A stretch of 64,000 bases of DNA from a virus (Duplodnaviria; Heunggongvirae; Uroviricota; Caudoviricetes), in the IMG/VR virus record IMGVR_UViG_3300033146_004404, positions 1 to 64,000 of that record, one strand, 5' to 3'. The stretch's first letter is position 1. Each line of letters starts with the position of its first letter. The translations under genes and the position numbers were made by a program. Of this stretch, positions 43,034 to 52,676 are shown in pieces. A model generated the notes under the pieces. It ran no database searches. It was not told the DNA's origin and saw only the letters and a list, made by a program, of their open reading frames with translations.

Positions 43034-44566
43034 GTGGATTACGTAGAAGAAAAAAACAAAGAAATCATTAAGGGATTGGTCAAAAACCACTTCAGTCTTA
43101 ATGAGAAAAGTCTAAAAAGATTTTGTAAGGAATATGACAATAAATTTATTGATCCTATTTATGAAAAACTTGGACTTGATGAAAATTTAAGAGTTTATAA
43201 AAAAATTGATAACTGTGACTTTTTTAGACAATTTGACAAGTCTTATGATTTATTCAAAAGTGATTTTGAAGAGGCTCTCAATATTATGTTTGAAGATGGA
43301 TTTGATGATGTTTATGAGTATTCAGCGTTTATAGACAATAAGATAACTAACAAGAAAAAGAAGTCTACAAACAAGCTCTTTAAAGCACTTAAAAAAGTCT
43401 ATAGAGAAAACTTTAATCTACAATGGGATTTAGTACATTCCCATTGTAGATTACTTTCGCCTTTTGCCAGTTACAGTGAAGAAGATAAAAAAAGGCTTGT
43501 AAAAGATCAGTTTGACAGAGTTTTTGATAGAGAAGTAGAGAAAATTGGTGAGTTTAAATTTCCGAAAGGTGAAATGTACGCAGTTTTAAGTATGAACTTT
43601 AATGACTGGTTTATGAATGCAACTGCTGAAAGTTGGTCTTCATGTCTCAATATGGAAAGTGCATGGGAAGGTGCTTATTGGGCAAACGTTCCTGGAATGA
43701 TTGTTGACGATAACAGGGCAATGTTTTATATAACAGACAAAAAAAGAAAAAAATATCATGGAATAGAGACTGACAGATTTATAATAAGATCATGGGCATC
43801 ATTAACTCTTAACGACACAGTTGTTTTGAATAAATCTTATCCAAACAAGATATTTGCAAAAGATTTATTCTCTAAGGCTTTTAACTCCAGAACAGAAGAT
43901 TTTAGAGACGGATGGGAATCAAAACATTCAATAAATTTCTTGACAAACGTGAATGGATTTTCTGTATTTATTTATCTTGATTCTAGTAGGCTTTTTCTTG
44001 ATTCTGATAGTTGTGAATGGAAGATAGCTGGTGGAAAAATGGATAACTCTTACGAGATTATAAATTCAGAAGGTGTACTTCAAGAAAGCGAAGGATTTTA
44101 CAACTACGAAAACGGTTTATCAAGACTTATCAGTAGCGGAATGAAAATTCATGAAGTTTCTACAGATGAGATTAAGTGTGAGAACTGCGGATGTATCATC
44201 CATCGTGATGATGCTCTTTCCGATCCAGATGAATGTCTTTTATGCGAATTCTGTTATGGCGACTTAGTTACCATCTGTCATTCATGCGGTAGTGCTATTT
44301 GGGAAACGGAGTCGAGTTATGCTGATGGAGAACAGTATTGTAACTCTTGCTTTGAAGATAACTTTTTAAAGTGTGAAGAATGTGGAGACACTATAGAAAT
44401 AGATGCTTCTTATTGTACCCCAAGCGGACATAGTGTTTGCGAATCTTGTTTTGATTCAAAATATAGCATATGCGTAGAATGCAGCGATCCCTTTGAGCAC
44501 AGTGAATTAAACGAAAACAACGAATGTGAAGACTGCGCAGTACAAACTTTAAGGGAGGCAACATGA
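43034..44566 (+). CDS. Cys-rich zinc-ribbon-array protein (paralog A)
   Basis: GTG start after AAGGAGCGCAC. Shares an N-terminal domain with 46177-47580 (the '...SWSSCLNME...' region); the C-terminal 130 aa carries at least 8 CxxC pairs. Confidence 0.5.
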   Translation: MDYVEEKNKEIIKGLVKNHFSLNEKSLKRFCKEYDNKFIDPIYEKLGLDENLRVYKKIDNCDFFRQFDKSYDLFKSDFEEALNIMFEDGFDDVYEYSAFIDNKITNKKKKSTNKLFKALKKVYRENFNLQWDLVHSHCRLLSPFASYSEEDKKRLVKDQFDRVFDREVEKIGEFKFPKGEMYAVLSMNFNDWFMNATAESWSSCLNMESAWEGAYWANVPGMIVDDNRAMFYITDKKRKKYHGIETDRFIIRSWASLTLNDTVVLNKSYPNKIFAKDLFSKAFNSRTEDFRDGWESKHSINFLTNVNGFSVFIYLDSSRLFLDSDSCEWKIAGGKMDNSYEIINSEGVLQESEGFYNYENGLSRLISSGMKIHEVSTDEIKCENCGCIIHRDDALSDPDECLLCEFCYGDLVTICHSCGSAIWETESSYADGEQYCNSCFEDNFLKCEECGDTIEIDASYCTPSGHSVCESCFDSKYSICVECSDPFEHSELNENNECEDCAVQTLREAT

Positions 44567-45552
44567 GTCACAAAGTAAATTATAATCTGTTAAAAGATTT
44601 GTTTAGAATACCTGCTATTAGTGGAAAAGAACAAGCAGTAATTCTTTACATAATAGAAAAGTTAAAAAAAATGAAAATAAGCTATACTATTGACAGTGTA
44701 GGAAATATCTACAATGTAGATAAAGTTGGAAAGCCTTTGCTGTCAGCTCACATGGATACTGTTCAAGGTGCTGCTGACGTATTGGCAATAAAAGATATTC
44801 AATTTTCAAGAGAAATGATTGTAGGAAAGGGAGTTATTGGAGGTGATGATAAATGTGGAATTTATATCATGCTAGAACTCTTGAGAAAAAGAAAAAAAGA
44901 TTTCAACTTCGTTTTCTCAGTCGAGGAAGAAACTGGAGGAGTTGGAATAAGATCTTTTATGGACGTTGTTGATCTAACTCATATGACATATGGGCTGGTT
45001 TTAGATAGATGGGGAAGTTCAGATATTCTATGCAGCGGAAATGAATATGGAACACAATCTTTTGAAGATGCTCTTACTAAAGTAGGGAAGGACTTTAATT
45101 ATGTTCCGGCAATTGGAGTGTTTTGCGATGCTGATTATATATCAGATGATATTAGCTGTGCTAATATCAGTGTAGGTTATTACAAACACCACACAAAAGA
45201 AGAATTTGTTATAATAGAAGATTTAAAAAGAGCAGTTGAGTTCGTAGATGCTGTGCTTGATAATGTCACACAGTATTACATAGCACCTGAAAAAACTGCA
45301 TCAATGCTTTGGAAGAAAGGATATTATGAAGATGTTGATACTAAAGATGAAGTTAGCTTTTTTGAAGGCGATGTAGAATGTGAATTTTGCGGAAAGAAAA
45401 CTGATAAAGTGTATCAAGTCAATTCTGTCTTTGATATGAAAGCGTGCGTGAGTTGCCTTGAAGCGTTGAGAGATGAAACTGATTCTACACTGAAAACTAT
45501 AGATGAAGAAGAATTCTATAGTTGCTTGTTAGATGAGGAGTGGTATGGTTAA
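44563..45552 (+). CDS. M20/M42-family metallopeptidase-like protein with C-terminal zinc ribbon
   Basis: 'ISGKEQAV', 'SAHMDTVQ' and 'GGDDKCG' motifs typical of M20/M42 peptidases; C-terminal CEFCG...CVSC. Confidence 0.5.
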   Translation: MSHKVNYNLLKDLFRIPAISGKEQAVILYIIEKLKKMKISYTIDSVGNIYNVDKVGKPLLSAHMDTVQGAADVLAIKDIQFSREMIVGKGVIGGDDKCGIYIMLELLRKRKKDFNFVFSVEEETGGVGIRSFMDVVDLTHMTYGLVLDRWGSSDILCSGNEYGTQSFEDALTKVGKDFNYVPAIGVFCDADYISDDISCANISVGYYKHHTKEEFVIIEDLKRAVEFVDAVLDNVTQYYIAPEKTASMLWKKGYYEDVDTKDEVSFFEGDVECEFCGKKTDKVYQVNSVFDMKACVSCLEALRDETDSTLKTIDEEEFYSCLLDEEWYG

Positions 45553-45679
45553 AAGCTTATTTGGAATGGCAATAATTGCTTGCATAGTGTATACAGCTGG
45601 CCTATTTCCACACGTAGCAGTAGGCTTGACAGCGATAGCAATAGTTTTTATATTTAAAATGGGGAATTGGTTAGAATAA

Positions 45680-45964
45680 ATGAAATTAGAAAAAGCACTT
45701 AGAGCAATTGAAGACAAACTTTCAATTGCTAAAGATGAAACAATTTATGAGATATGCAACGAGTATTTTCCTGAAGAAAACTTTGGGGTTAGAACAGCAG
45801 GACTTGTCGATGACTTATTCAACATAATGTTAAATACAGCACAAGAAGATAAAGAAGTTGCTGTTGATATCTACGACTTTCTATTTAATGAAAAGATAAC
45901 TATAGACGAAGAAGATCTATATCTAGAAGAGGAGATAAATCATGGCGAATCAAGTGACTATTGA
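45680..45964 (+). CDS. hypothetical acidic protein
   Basis: ORF. Confidence 0.45.
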   Translation: MKLEKALRAIEDKLSIAKDETIYEICNEYFPEENFGVRTAGLVDDLFNIMLNTAQEDKEVAVDIYDFLFNEKITIDEEDLYLEEEINHGESSDY

Positions 45965-46124
45965 ACTAGAACAACCTAGCGATATAAAAGAAGGTACTTC
46001 AGTTAAATTAACTGGCAAAGATGGAAGTAAGACTGAAACAGAAATTTCAGTTCTTGAGAGAACAGAGCCAAAGTCAGGCTTTAGTGTTTCTGTAAGTAAT
46101 TTAGATAATCCTAAAGCTTACTAA
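45942..46124 (+). CDS. small hypothetical protein
   Basis: ORF; terminator at 46128-46150. Confidence 0.4.
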   Translation: MANQVTIELEQPSDIKEGTSVKLTGKDGSKTETEISVLERTEPKSGFSVSVSNLDNPKAY

Positions 46125-46176
46125 AAAGTAAGCCTCCTCGCCAGGAGGCTTTTATAAAAAAGGGGATAGCATTAAC

Positions 46177-47580
46177 ATGATTTTAAAAGATGAATATAAC
46201 TACGTTCAAATAAAAACATTGGTAGAGAATCACTTCGCTCTTGATTCAAACAGTCTTGAAATATTCAACTCAAGACTTCAGAACAAAAACTATATGGATC
46301 AAACTATTCTTGACTTCTTTAAAGGCTCTGATGACGGGAGAGTTTACATAAAAATTAGTAAAGAAGAAGAAGAAAAGAATGGGATAAGTTGGAAAAGATT
46401 TAGAGATGCTGTCCCTGAAAACTTCAAGAAGAAATTTAACCTTAAATACTCAAATTATATTTCAGGAAAAGTTGTCTATAAAAAAAATGAACTTAAGATA
46501 GCTAAAGCTTTAAGAATATATTTTGATGAGTTAAGAGATAAAGATGAAGAAAAGTTTATAATAGAATATACAGTCTTTTATCAAGCATCTAAGGGCGCTG
46601 AGAATTGTTCTTGGAGTTCAAGTAGAAACTTGGACGTTAGAAATAGAATTGGCTCATTATATAAGAATATGTCATATGCCTTAGAAAGGTTTTCAGCTAA
46701 CAAAACTAAAGGTGGAGATGTAGATCTATATGCTGTTCTCAGTATAAACTTCGCAGACTGGTTCTTATGTTCAACTGGAGAAAATTGGTCTTCTTGTCTT
46801 AATATGAATAATGAATATTCTTACTGGACAGGACTTCCTGGATTGCTTGGTGATCCAAATAGAGTTATGATATATATAACTGCAAAAGAAAAAAAGACGT
46901 TTCATGGGATAACAGTAGATAAAGTTCTATCTAGAACTTGGGCAGAACTCGACGCAAAGGATATGTTTCACCACTTAAGATGGTATCCTTCAAAGCTCTT
47001 TAATAACGACATGGTAAAAAAAGCATTGAATATTAACTTCCCTAAGTATAGAGAACATGAGTGGAGATCAAAGAATCCTATTGAACCTATCTTTAATGAG
47101 AGAAAACAAACGTTATTTCCATTTCAAGATTTAAGCATGTTTGATTCGAACTATCCATATAATGAAATATATGTAACTGGAAATGATGAAGGCGGGTTCT
47201 ATTATTACGACTTGGAAGAATATTCAACTTTTAATTATTTAGGTGATGAAAATGAACTTTATAACCTGACTGGACTTGGCGCCTTAATTTGCTCTAATTC
47301 CAGTGTTATAGAATATTGTGAAGATGTTTATAAATGTTCTGAATGTTCTGATACCTATCACTTTTTAGAGAATATGCACGAGCATGAAGGAAGTTTTTAT
47401 TGTGGCTATTGCTACGATTCTATATTTACTACATGCTCTGAATGTGGAAAAACTATAGAGTCAAGATTCTCGTGTTATCTAAATAATTCTGACGATCCTT
47501 TATGCGATGACTGTTTTGAAGAAATTCAAGCAGAAAGGGCAGAAGCAGAAGCAGAAGCAGAAGCAGAAGAAGCGGTATAA
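46177..47580 (+). CDS. Cys-rich zinc-ribbon protein (paralog B) with C-terminal (EA)n tail
   Basis: Paralogous to 43034-44566; C-terminal CxxC array; ends 'QAERAEAEAEAEAEEAV'. Confidence 0.5.
   Translation: MILKDEYNYVQIKTLVENHFALDSNSLEIFNSRLQNKNYMDQTILDFFKGSDDGRVYIKISKEEEEKNGISWKRFRDAVPENFKKKFNLKYSNYISGKVVYKKNELKIAKALRIYFDELRDKDEEKFIIEYTVFYQASKGAENCSWSSSRNLDVRNRIGSLYKNMSYALERFSANKTKGGDVDLYAVLSINFADWFLCSTGENWSSCLNMNNEYSYWTGLPGLLGDPNRVMIYITAKEKKTFHGITVDKVLSRTWAELDAKDMFHHLRWYPSKLFNNDMVKKALNINFPKYREHEWRSKNPIEPIFNERKQTLFPFQDLSMFDSNYPYNEIYVTGNDEGGFYYYDLEEYSTFNYLGDENELYNLTGLGALICSNSSVIEYCEDVYKCSECSDTYHFLENMHEHEGSFYCGYCYDSIFTTCSECGKTIESRFSCYLNNSDDPLCDDCFEEIQAERAEAEAEAEAEEAV
47537..47575 (+). repeat. 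GCAGAA hexanucleotide repeat encoding a C-terminal (AE)n tail
   Basis: gcagaagcagaagcagaagcagaagcagaagaagcg at the 3' end of 46177-47580. Confidence 0.8.
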
Positions 47581-47581
47581 A

Positions 47582-47608
47582 AAAAGGCATCCAATTGGAT
47601 GCCTTTTT
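47582..47608. terminator. bidirectional terminator between plus-strand early genes and the minus-strand sheath gene
   Basis: aaaaaggcatcc-aatt-ggatgcctttttg. Confidence 0.7.
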
Positions 47609-47610
47609 GT

Positions 47611-49560
47611 TTATTCGTCTAGTGAAGCACCAGACTTATGAACCTGCATTGTAATCTCTATAATTTCAATTGTGTTCATAGGAATTATTTTAATAGTTCC
47701 TTTCATTATGTTCTGTGCTATTACGTCAGCTGTATTTACAGTGTCGTCGATAATAACGCTATACTTATCAATACCACCAGCCTGTCTAATAGGTTCGAGA
47801 ATTGCAGTAACTAAGTTAGATGCTTTTCTCCAAGAATCAGGATTATGTGGTTCAAAAATCATTCCCTCAAGGGAAACTTTGATTAACTTTTTAGCAAAGA
47901 TTATCATTCTTCGAACATTAAGTCTATTTAAAGAAGTGTTAGTCCGTACAAGAGTCTTTTGACCATAAACTTCAATACCTTTCGATACGAAATTAACGAT
48001 TGGGTTAACTGCATTGTAGTCACCATAAAGAATTTCTCTCTGTGCAAATGATGGTGATTTCTCATAATCAGCTGCTGTGATTTTTCCTCTAAGGTCACCT
48101 GCTGGTGCTGCCCATGGGCCATAAAGTCTATCTACTTCCATGAACTTTTCAGCCATGAAAACAGAAGGTGGACACCAAACATATTCTTTTGTATCAGTGT
48201 TATATTCTTTTAACCAACTCCAATAAAGAGTTCCATAAGATGAGTCGAGAGCAGTTGTTCTGCCGTGACCGCCAGTTCCATTATGCCAATCAGTTACTTC
48301 ATCATATTTAAGAGCAAATGGTGGATCTACTACATAGATAAAGTCTTTTCTAAATTCACACAATTCAAGAGCTTTATCTTGAACTGTTACTTCAGGCATA
48401 TCAGGTGCGATAAGGATATGGAAATCAAATGCTTCCATATTTCCAAGTTCTGCAGTTGTTTCAAGTTCTGCTATAAATAGAGCTTCATTTGCGCCTTCTG
48501 ACGCAGATGCATCATATCCATCAAGACCTAATACAAAATCATAAGCATCAAGAGTATCAGTTGTTGTGAAAGCAGTATCTCCAGATCCTAATGTATAAGT
48601 TCCATTCTGGAAATCTGTATTTAAAGCATCTGCAGTTAATCCTTCAAGAACGGTAAAACTTACATAATCTGATCCGCCATTATCTGGGTCAGCATTAACT
48701 ACTGTTGCAAAATACTCTGCATCAGCTACTACTAAAGACACTTCGTCAAAAGTTTCTTTTAATACTCCATCGTAATACACTTCAATCTTATGAACTGCTG
48801 CTCCAGATACAGGATTTGTTCTTGAAGTTTTAACTACTGAAATTAAGTTAGTAGAAGAGCCTTTTTCAAGAGATTTAATTTTAATATGATCTGTCTGAGC
48901 TTCACTTGAAGTTCCAGCTATTGCAGGAACTGTTGCCACTCCGTCAGTTCCAATAAGATTAGTTCCGCCAGTTCCTGCTTCAATTAAAACAGTACTTTCA
49001 GTTCCCATAGTTCCAGATGTAATTGTAATTACATCTGTTTCTAAAACAGATGTTGCACCAGTTCCTTCAATTAAAAGAGCTGCGTCGATTGCAGTTTTAA
49101 TCTCTGCGACTGTCATAGAAGTTGACGTAGAAGTTGCAGTTGCAGTAACTGTAGTTCCATCATCAATTGTAATATCTAATGTATAATCTGTTGCGTCTGC
49201 TACAGTAATTGTAGTACCGCCTACATCAAGGCCCATAGTTCCTGCTGTTACAGGAGCTAAATTATGAACGATAACTTCAGCTTCAATTGCTGCGTTATCT
49301 CCGGTTGCTGTTGCCACTCTATCGAAAATTATTTTATTTCCCTGATTGAATGCTCTATAAGCTGCTAATGCGGCATAAGGTGATCCAGTCACAGTTGTGC
49401 CAAAAATCTCATTAAATTCTGAACGTGATGTTACTAGAGTTGGTTCTCCAATAGGTCCTTTGGTAGCATATCCAACTATCGCAAGTACCGTATCAGAAGA
49501 AGTTACTGTATAAGCAGACATATCACTTTCTAAAATTGTAATACTAGGTGATTTAGCCAT
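47611..49560 (-). CDS. contractile tail sheath protein
   Basis: N-terminus 'SPSITILESDMSAY...LAIVGYATKGPIGEPTLVTSRSEFNEIFG', and a C-terminal domain '...LNRLNVRRMIIFAKKLIKVSLEGMIFEPHNPDSWRKASNLVTAILEPIRQAGGI...' typical of gp18/FI sheath proteins. GGAGGA RBS. Confidence 0.85.
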   Translation of the reverse strand: MAKSPSITILESDMSAYTVTSSDTVLAIVGYATKGPIGEPTLVTSRSEFNEIFGTTVTGSPYAALAAYRAFNQGNKIIFDRVATATGDNAAIEAEVIVHNLAPVTAGTMGLDVGGTTITVADATDYTLDITIDDGTTVTATATSTSTSMTVAEIKTAIDAALLIEGTGATSVLETDVITITSGTMGTESTVLIEAGTGGTNLIGTDGVATVPAIAGTSSEAQTDHIKIKSLEKGSSTNLISVVKTSRTNPVSGAAVHKIEVYYDGVLKETFDEVSLVVADAEYFATVVNADPDNGGSDYVSFTVLEGLTADALNTDFQNGTYTLGSGDTAFTTTDTLDAYDFVLGLDGYDASASEGANEALFIAELETTAELGNMEAFDFHILIAPDMPEVTVQDKALELCEFRKDFIYVVDPPFALKYDEVTDWHNGTGGHGRTTALDSSYGTLYWSWLKEYNTDTKEYVWCPPSVFMAEKFMEVDRLYGPWAAPAGDLRGKITAADYEKSPSFAQREILYGDYNAVNPIVNFVSKGIEVYGQKTLVRTNTSLNRLNVRRMIIFAKKLIKVSLEGMIFEPHNPDSWRKASNLVTAILEPIRQAGGIDKYSVIIDDTVNTADVIAQNIMKGTIKIIPMNTIEIIEITMQVHKSGASLDE

Positions 49561-49614
49561 TATTTTCCTCCATTGTTTTTTTTATTATAAAAATAAAATT
49601 ACTTATTATTACCT

Positions 49615-49773
49615 TTACTTCTTTGTTATTTTAATAAATAACAATCCTTTCTTTTCTAAATTAATCATTTGGTTAGTTTTTTCCTCAACCAATATATAAC
49701 TTCTCTGTGGAATTGTCTTACCTATTAATCTAATAGGTTGGTATGTTTTGTTAAAAATCTTATATTCAGCCAT
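49615..49773 (-). CDS. small hypothetical protein (52 aa)
   Basis: Minus-strand ORF with GGAGAAAG RBS, between the sheath gene and the upstream gene. Confidence 0.3.
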   Translation of the reverse strand: MAEYKIFNKTYQPIRLIGKTIPQRSYILVEEKTNQMINLEKKGLLFIKITKK

Positions 49774-49782
49774 TACTTTCTC

Positions 49783-50394
49783 CTATATATCGAAAACTGT
49801 ATCGATAGAAAGAATCCTTCCATAATATTCTTCGTGATTTAGAGGCAAATAAGCTCTAGGCACTACTATGTCAAATCCGTATCGAATTGATACATCTCTA
49901 GCATCTCCAGGGTCTAGCGTACTTTCTGATTGAGGTGTTTTAACTTCAATTTCCATCCATTGTCCATCAACGTTAGCAGCGTATTTTCTATTATTTGGTG
50001 CTGATGACATTGCCTGATATAATAATATATCAGCATCTGATTGTTTCGCTGTCCACATTGTAACTCTATATGTTAATGTGTACACTAAAGGGTGTATTTG
50101 CTCCTCAAAAACATTTTCGTTTGTCTGTGATTGAACATACTTCTTGAAATAACCACTAGGAGTTTGTCCAGCCGCTGGTTCCATACTTTGTAATACGACA
50201 GTTATAGTTGGAAATAAATTACTTCCATTTATTAATGGTGCTATGAGTTTAGCGAATGCCCTTTCTGGGGTTGCATAAAACACATCTACATTTGTTTCTT
50301 CTGGATATTTACTTAGCCACATATTATCCTTTAAGAACTTTTTAACTTCTATAGATTGTTGTTTAAATAAAAAATGTTCAACTAAATTTGGCAT
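49783..50394 (-). CDS. virion morphogenesis protein (unassigned)
   Basis: In the minus-strand operon with the sheath gene, with tightly coupled starts and stops. Confidence 0.4.
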   Translation of the reverse strand: MPNLVEHFLFKQQSIEVKKFLKDNMWLSKYPEETNVDVFYATPERAFAKLIAPLINGSNLFPTITVVLQSMEPAAGQTPSGYFKKYVQSQTNENVFEEQIHPLVYTLTYRVTMWTAKQSDADILLYQAMSSAPNNRKYAANVDGQWMEIEVKTPQSESTLDPGDARDVSIRYGFDIVVPRAYLPLNHEEYYGRILSIDTVFDI

Positions 50395-50663
50395 TAATAA
50401 TTTTCTCCAATTGCCTTTATCATAAAGTATTGATCGTCTATATTATCTTTACTGTTACTTTTTTTTATAGCTCCACCACGAATAAATGTATTCACAACAT
50501 TTTGTCCATCTGTATCTACTGGCTCCACAAACTCTATTTTTAAATCATACCCATCTAAATAAGCTTTCTTTACCGCTGGGTCATTGTCAATAGCTTTCGC
50601 AAGCCTTTTAAGCCTGTCGAGAATCGTACTCTTATAGGCTTTTAATATTGCTCTTGCGTTCAT
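50394..50663 (-). CDS. hypothetical protein (structural module)
   Basis: Overlapping start/stop coupling within the operon. Confidence 0.4.
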   Translation of the reverse strand: MNARAILKAYKSTILDRLKRLAKAIDNDPAVKKAYLDGYDLKIEFVEPVDTDGQNVVNTFIRGGAIKKSNSKDNIDDQYFMIKAIGENY

Positions 50664-50665
50664 CT

Positions 50666-51253
50666 TTACTTAGCGTCAGGAGTTAAAATATAAGTTCCGT
50701 CTGCTTTTCCTTGAAAGTCTATAGACCCATCATTACCACCAAAGTCTTTCCATTTTAAATTCTTTTTTATCATTGCAGCTTTTAAGTCCCGATATAAGTT
50801 CTTATATTCTGGTAATGATGTAAGATCTCCTAACGTTCCTTTAGTTACTTTTCCATCAGCTCTCTTCACAGTAAAGAGCTTTCCATTAAGCTTAATTACA
50901 TCAGCTTTAGGATCTTCAATCTCAACATTAGCTTCTTTCAATTGCTTAACGAAAGAACTTAAAACATCATCTACTTTCTCATTATACTCTTCATTTAAAA
51001 ATCTCATCATCATCTCCGATTTTAAGTGCATATCATCTTTTGATACAGTAACCCCTCCAAAAAAATCTTTATCCTCTTCAGCCTTACTGTTATTTGCTGA
51101 CAACACTTTCTTTATTACTTTCTTATATTTCCATTCAAAATCTTTTATATCAGCTTCTTTATAACCTTTTTCTTTTAATAAAGAAAATTTATTCTCTTTA
51201 TTAGTTCCGTGAAAAAGAATACTTGCGATCTCTCTTTTTTCTTTAGTTTCCAC
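50666..51253 (-). CDS. hypothetical protein (structural module)
   Basis: ORF in the operon. Confidence 0.4.
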   Translation of the reverse strand: METKEKREIASILFHGTNKENKFSLLKEKGYKEADIKDFEWKYKKVIKKVLSANNSKAEEDKDFFGGVTVSKDDMHLKSEMMMRFLNEEYNEKVDDVLSSFVKQLKEANVEIEDPKADVIKLNGKLFTVKRADGKVTKGTLGDLTSLPEYKNLYRDLKAAMIKKNLKWKDFGGNDGSIDFQGKADGTYILTPDAK

Positions 51254-51257
51254 TTAC

Positions 51258-52052
51258 CTACTCCATGTCTATTTTATTTAGACCATAACTACTTTTCTTG
51301 ATCTGGTCTATGTAGTTTCCAGGAAGGTTAAATCGATCAGGAGAAGCTAATTCCAACTGAAGGAACCACAACGTGTAATTCCAACCAAAATCTCCAGCTG
51401 GCTTAGACTCATTTATCTCATAAAGTCTATTTCTCTCAGTTAGCAAAACATCACCGACTTCTATAATATCAGTAATGTTTTCATATGTGTGATCAATTGA
51501 GTATATCTCAATTGATCTATTTACAAACGATGTCTTATTAAATTCTATTAAGTTTATACTTAAATCATTCTTTCCAGTAAATGAAGAAGACCATCCGTCC
51601 ATAGCATTAATCTTCTGAGTTACTTTTCTTACTGAACTGTTATCTGTTGATGAAAGAGCTAGCGATAGCACAACAACATTATTAACATAAAAATTCATTA
51701 CATTATTTAACTTCTCAAGTTTTGAAATTCCACGTCCAGTAAAATTTATTGTTAGAGTGCAAGCATTTTTGTTCTTTAACTCAGTAATAGTAGAAACCAT
51801 ATTGTTAAAATTTATGTGCATTTCAAGCTCTTCTTCTTTCTCGGCGATTCCACCAGAATCTAAAAAGCCAACCCATTTATTTGCATTGTAAATACTTCTT
51901 ATTTCAAAAGGAGGTAAGTAAATCCTGCCGGTTTTAGCTTCGCCATAAAATTCGTCTAGCTGAGTAGCTGTTTTGTCCATTTTAAAAATTTTTACTTTTG
52001 GCCCTACTAAATCTATATAAGATTTTGACATGTAGTTAATCCACTCTTGCAT
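51258..52052 (-). CDS. hypothetical protein (structural module)
   Basis: ORF in the operon. Confidence 0.4.
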   Translation of the reverse strand: MQEWINYMSKSYIDLVGPKVKIFKMDKTATQLDEFYGEAKTGRIYLPPFEIRSIYNANKWVGFLDSGGIAEKEEELEMHINFNNMVSTITELKNKNACTLTINFTGRGISKLEKLNNVMNFYVNNVVVLSLALSSTDNSSVRKVTQKINAMDGWSSSFTGKNDLSINLIEFNKTSFVNRSIEIYSIDHTYENITDIIEVGDVLLTERNRLYEINESKPAGDFGWNYTLWFLQLELASPDRFNLPGNYIDQIKKSSYGLNKIDME

Positions 52053-52252
52053 AAAACCTCTACTTTTTCATTTCATCATTATAACTATAGATCTCTTCTG
52101 TGCTGGTCGTGAAGGGCTGTCCTTCAACATTTTTACTTAAAAGGTCGCTGTAGTTAATTAAATTATTGTTTTTTTCTAACGACTCTCTGTCTTCGGCAGT
52201 AAGTTTATCTAAATCATTTGACACTATTTACTCCTACTATATTATCTTTACA

Positions 52253-52283
52253 ATAAAAAAGCAGAGGTAAAAACCTCTGCTTT
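52253..52283. terminator. hairpin terminator within the minus-strand module
   Basis: aaaaagcagaggt-aaaaa-cctctgcttttttat. Confidence 0.55.
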
Positions 52284-52284
52284 T

Positions 52285-52665
52285 TTATGCTAATTGTATC
52301 TTTGGGGTTACATAAACTGTTCCACCAGTTGGCGGAACTACATAAGGCCCATCGACAAATCTTTCTGCCCAAAGGACTTTATCGCCTTCTGCATTATGAA
52401 CAAAATAACCATAGACAGTTTCTCCTGCCTCAAACACAAAGCTCATCTGTGGGTAGCTTGCTTCTGTAGGATCTCCAGATATAACCCATAAACTATTGCT
52501 TGCGCCATAGGCGGTTACTGAAGTATAAACGAAATCTCCAAATACTGAGTTTTCATCAGGGGTAATATCATTCCCAAACAACCTGACAACCAGATCAGTA
52601 TTTGTTTGTCCAACTATTCTTTTGAGCATTTCTGCTTCGCCTTCATTCGGTACTACTAATGCCAT
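52285..52665 (-). CDS. hypothetical protein (structural module)
   Basis: ORF; a bidirectional hairpin at 52253-52283 follows it. Confidence 0.4.
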   Translation of the reverse strand: MALVVPNEGEAEMLKRIVGQTNTDLVVRLFGNDITPDENSVFGDFVYTSVTAYGASNSLWVISGDPTEASYPQMSFVFEAGETVYGYFVHNAEGDKVLWAERFVDGPYVVPPTGGTVYVTPKIQLA

Positions 52666-52676
52666 TTTTATCTCCG

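Noticed and set aside
52060-52217. Small minus-strand ORF (MSNDLDKLTAEDRESL...) between 52052 and 52285, with an AGGAG RBS.
   Set aside because: The start and stop did not close in a single frame on hand-counting, so the coordinates are unreliable. It is plausibly a real small late gene but is not reported as a feature.
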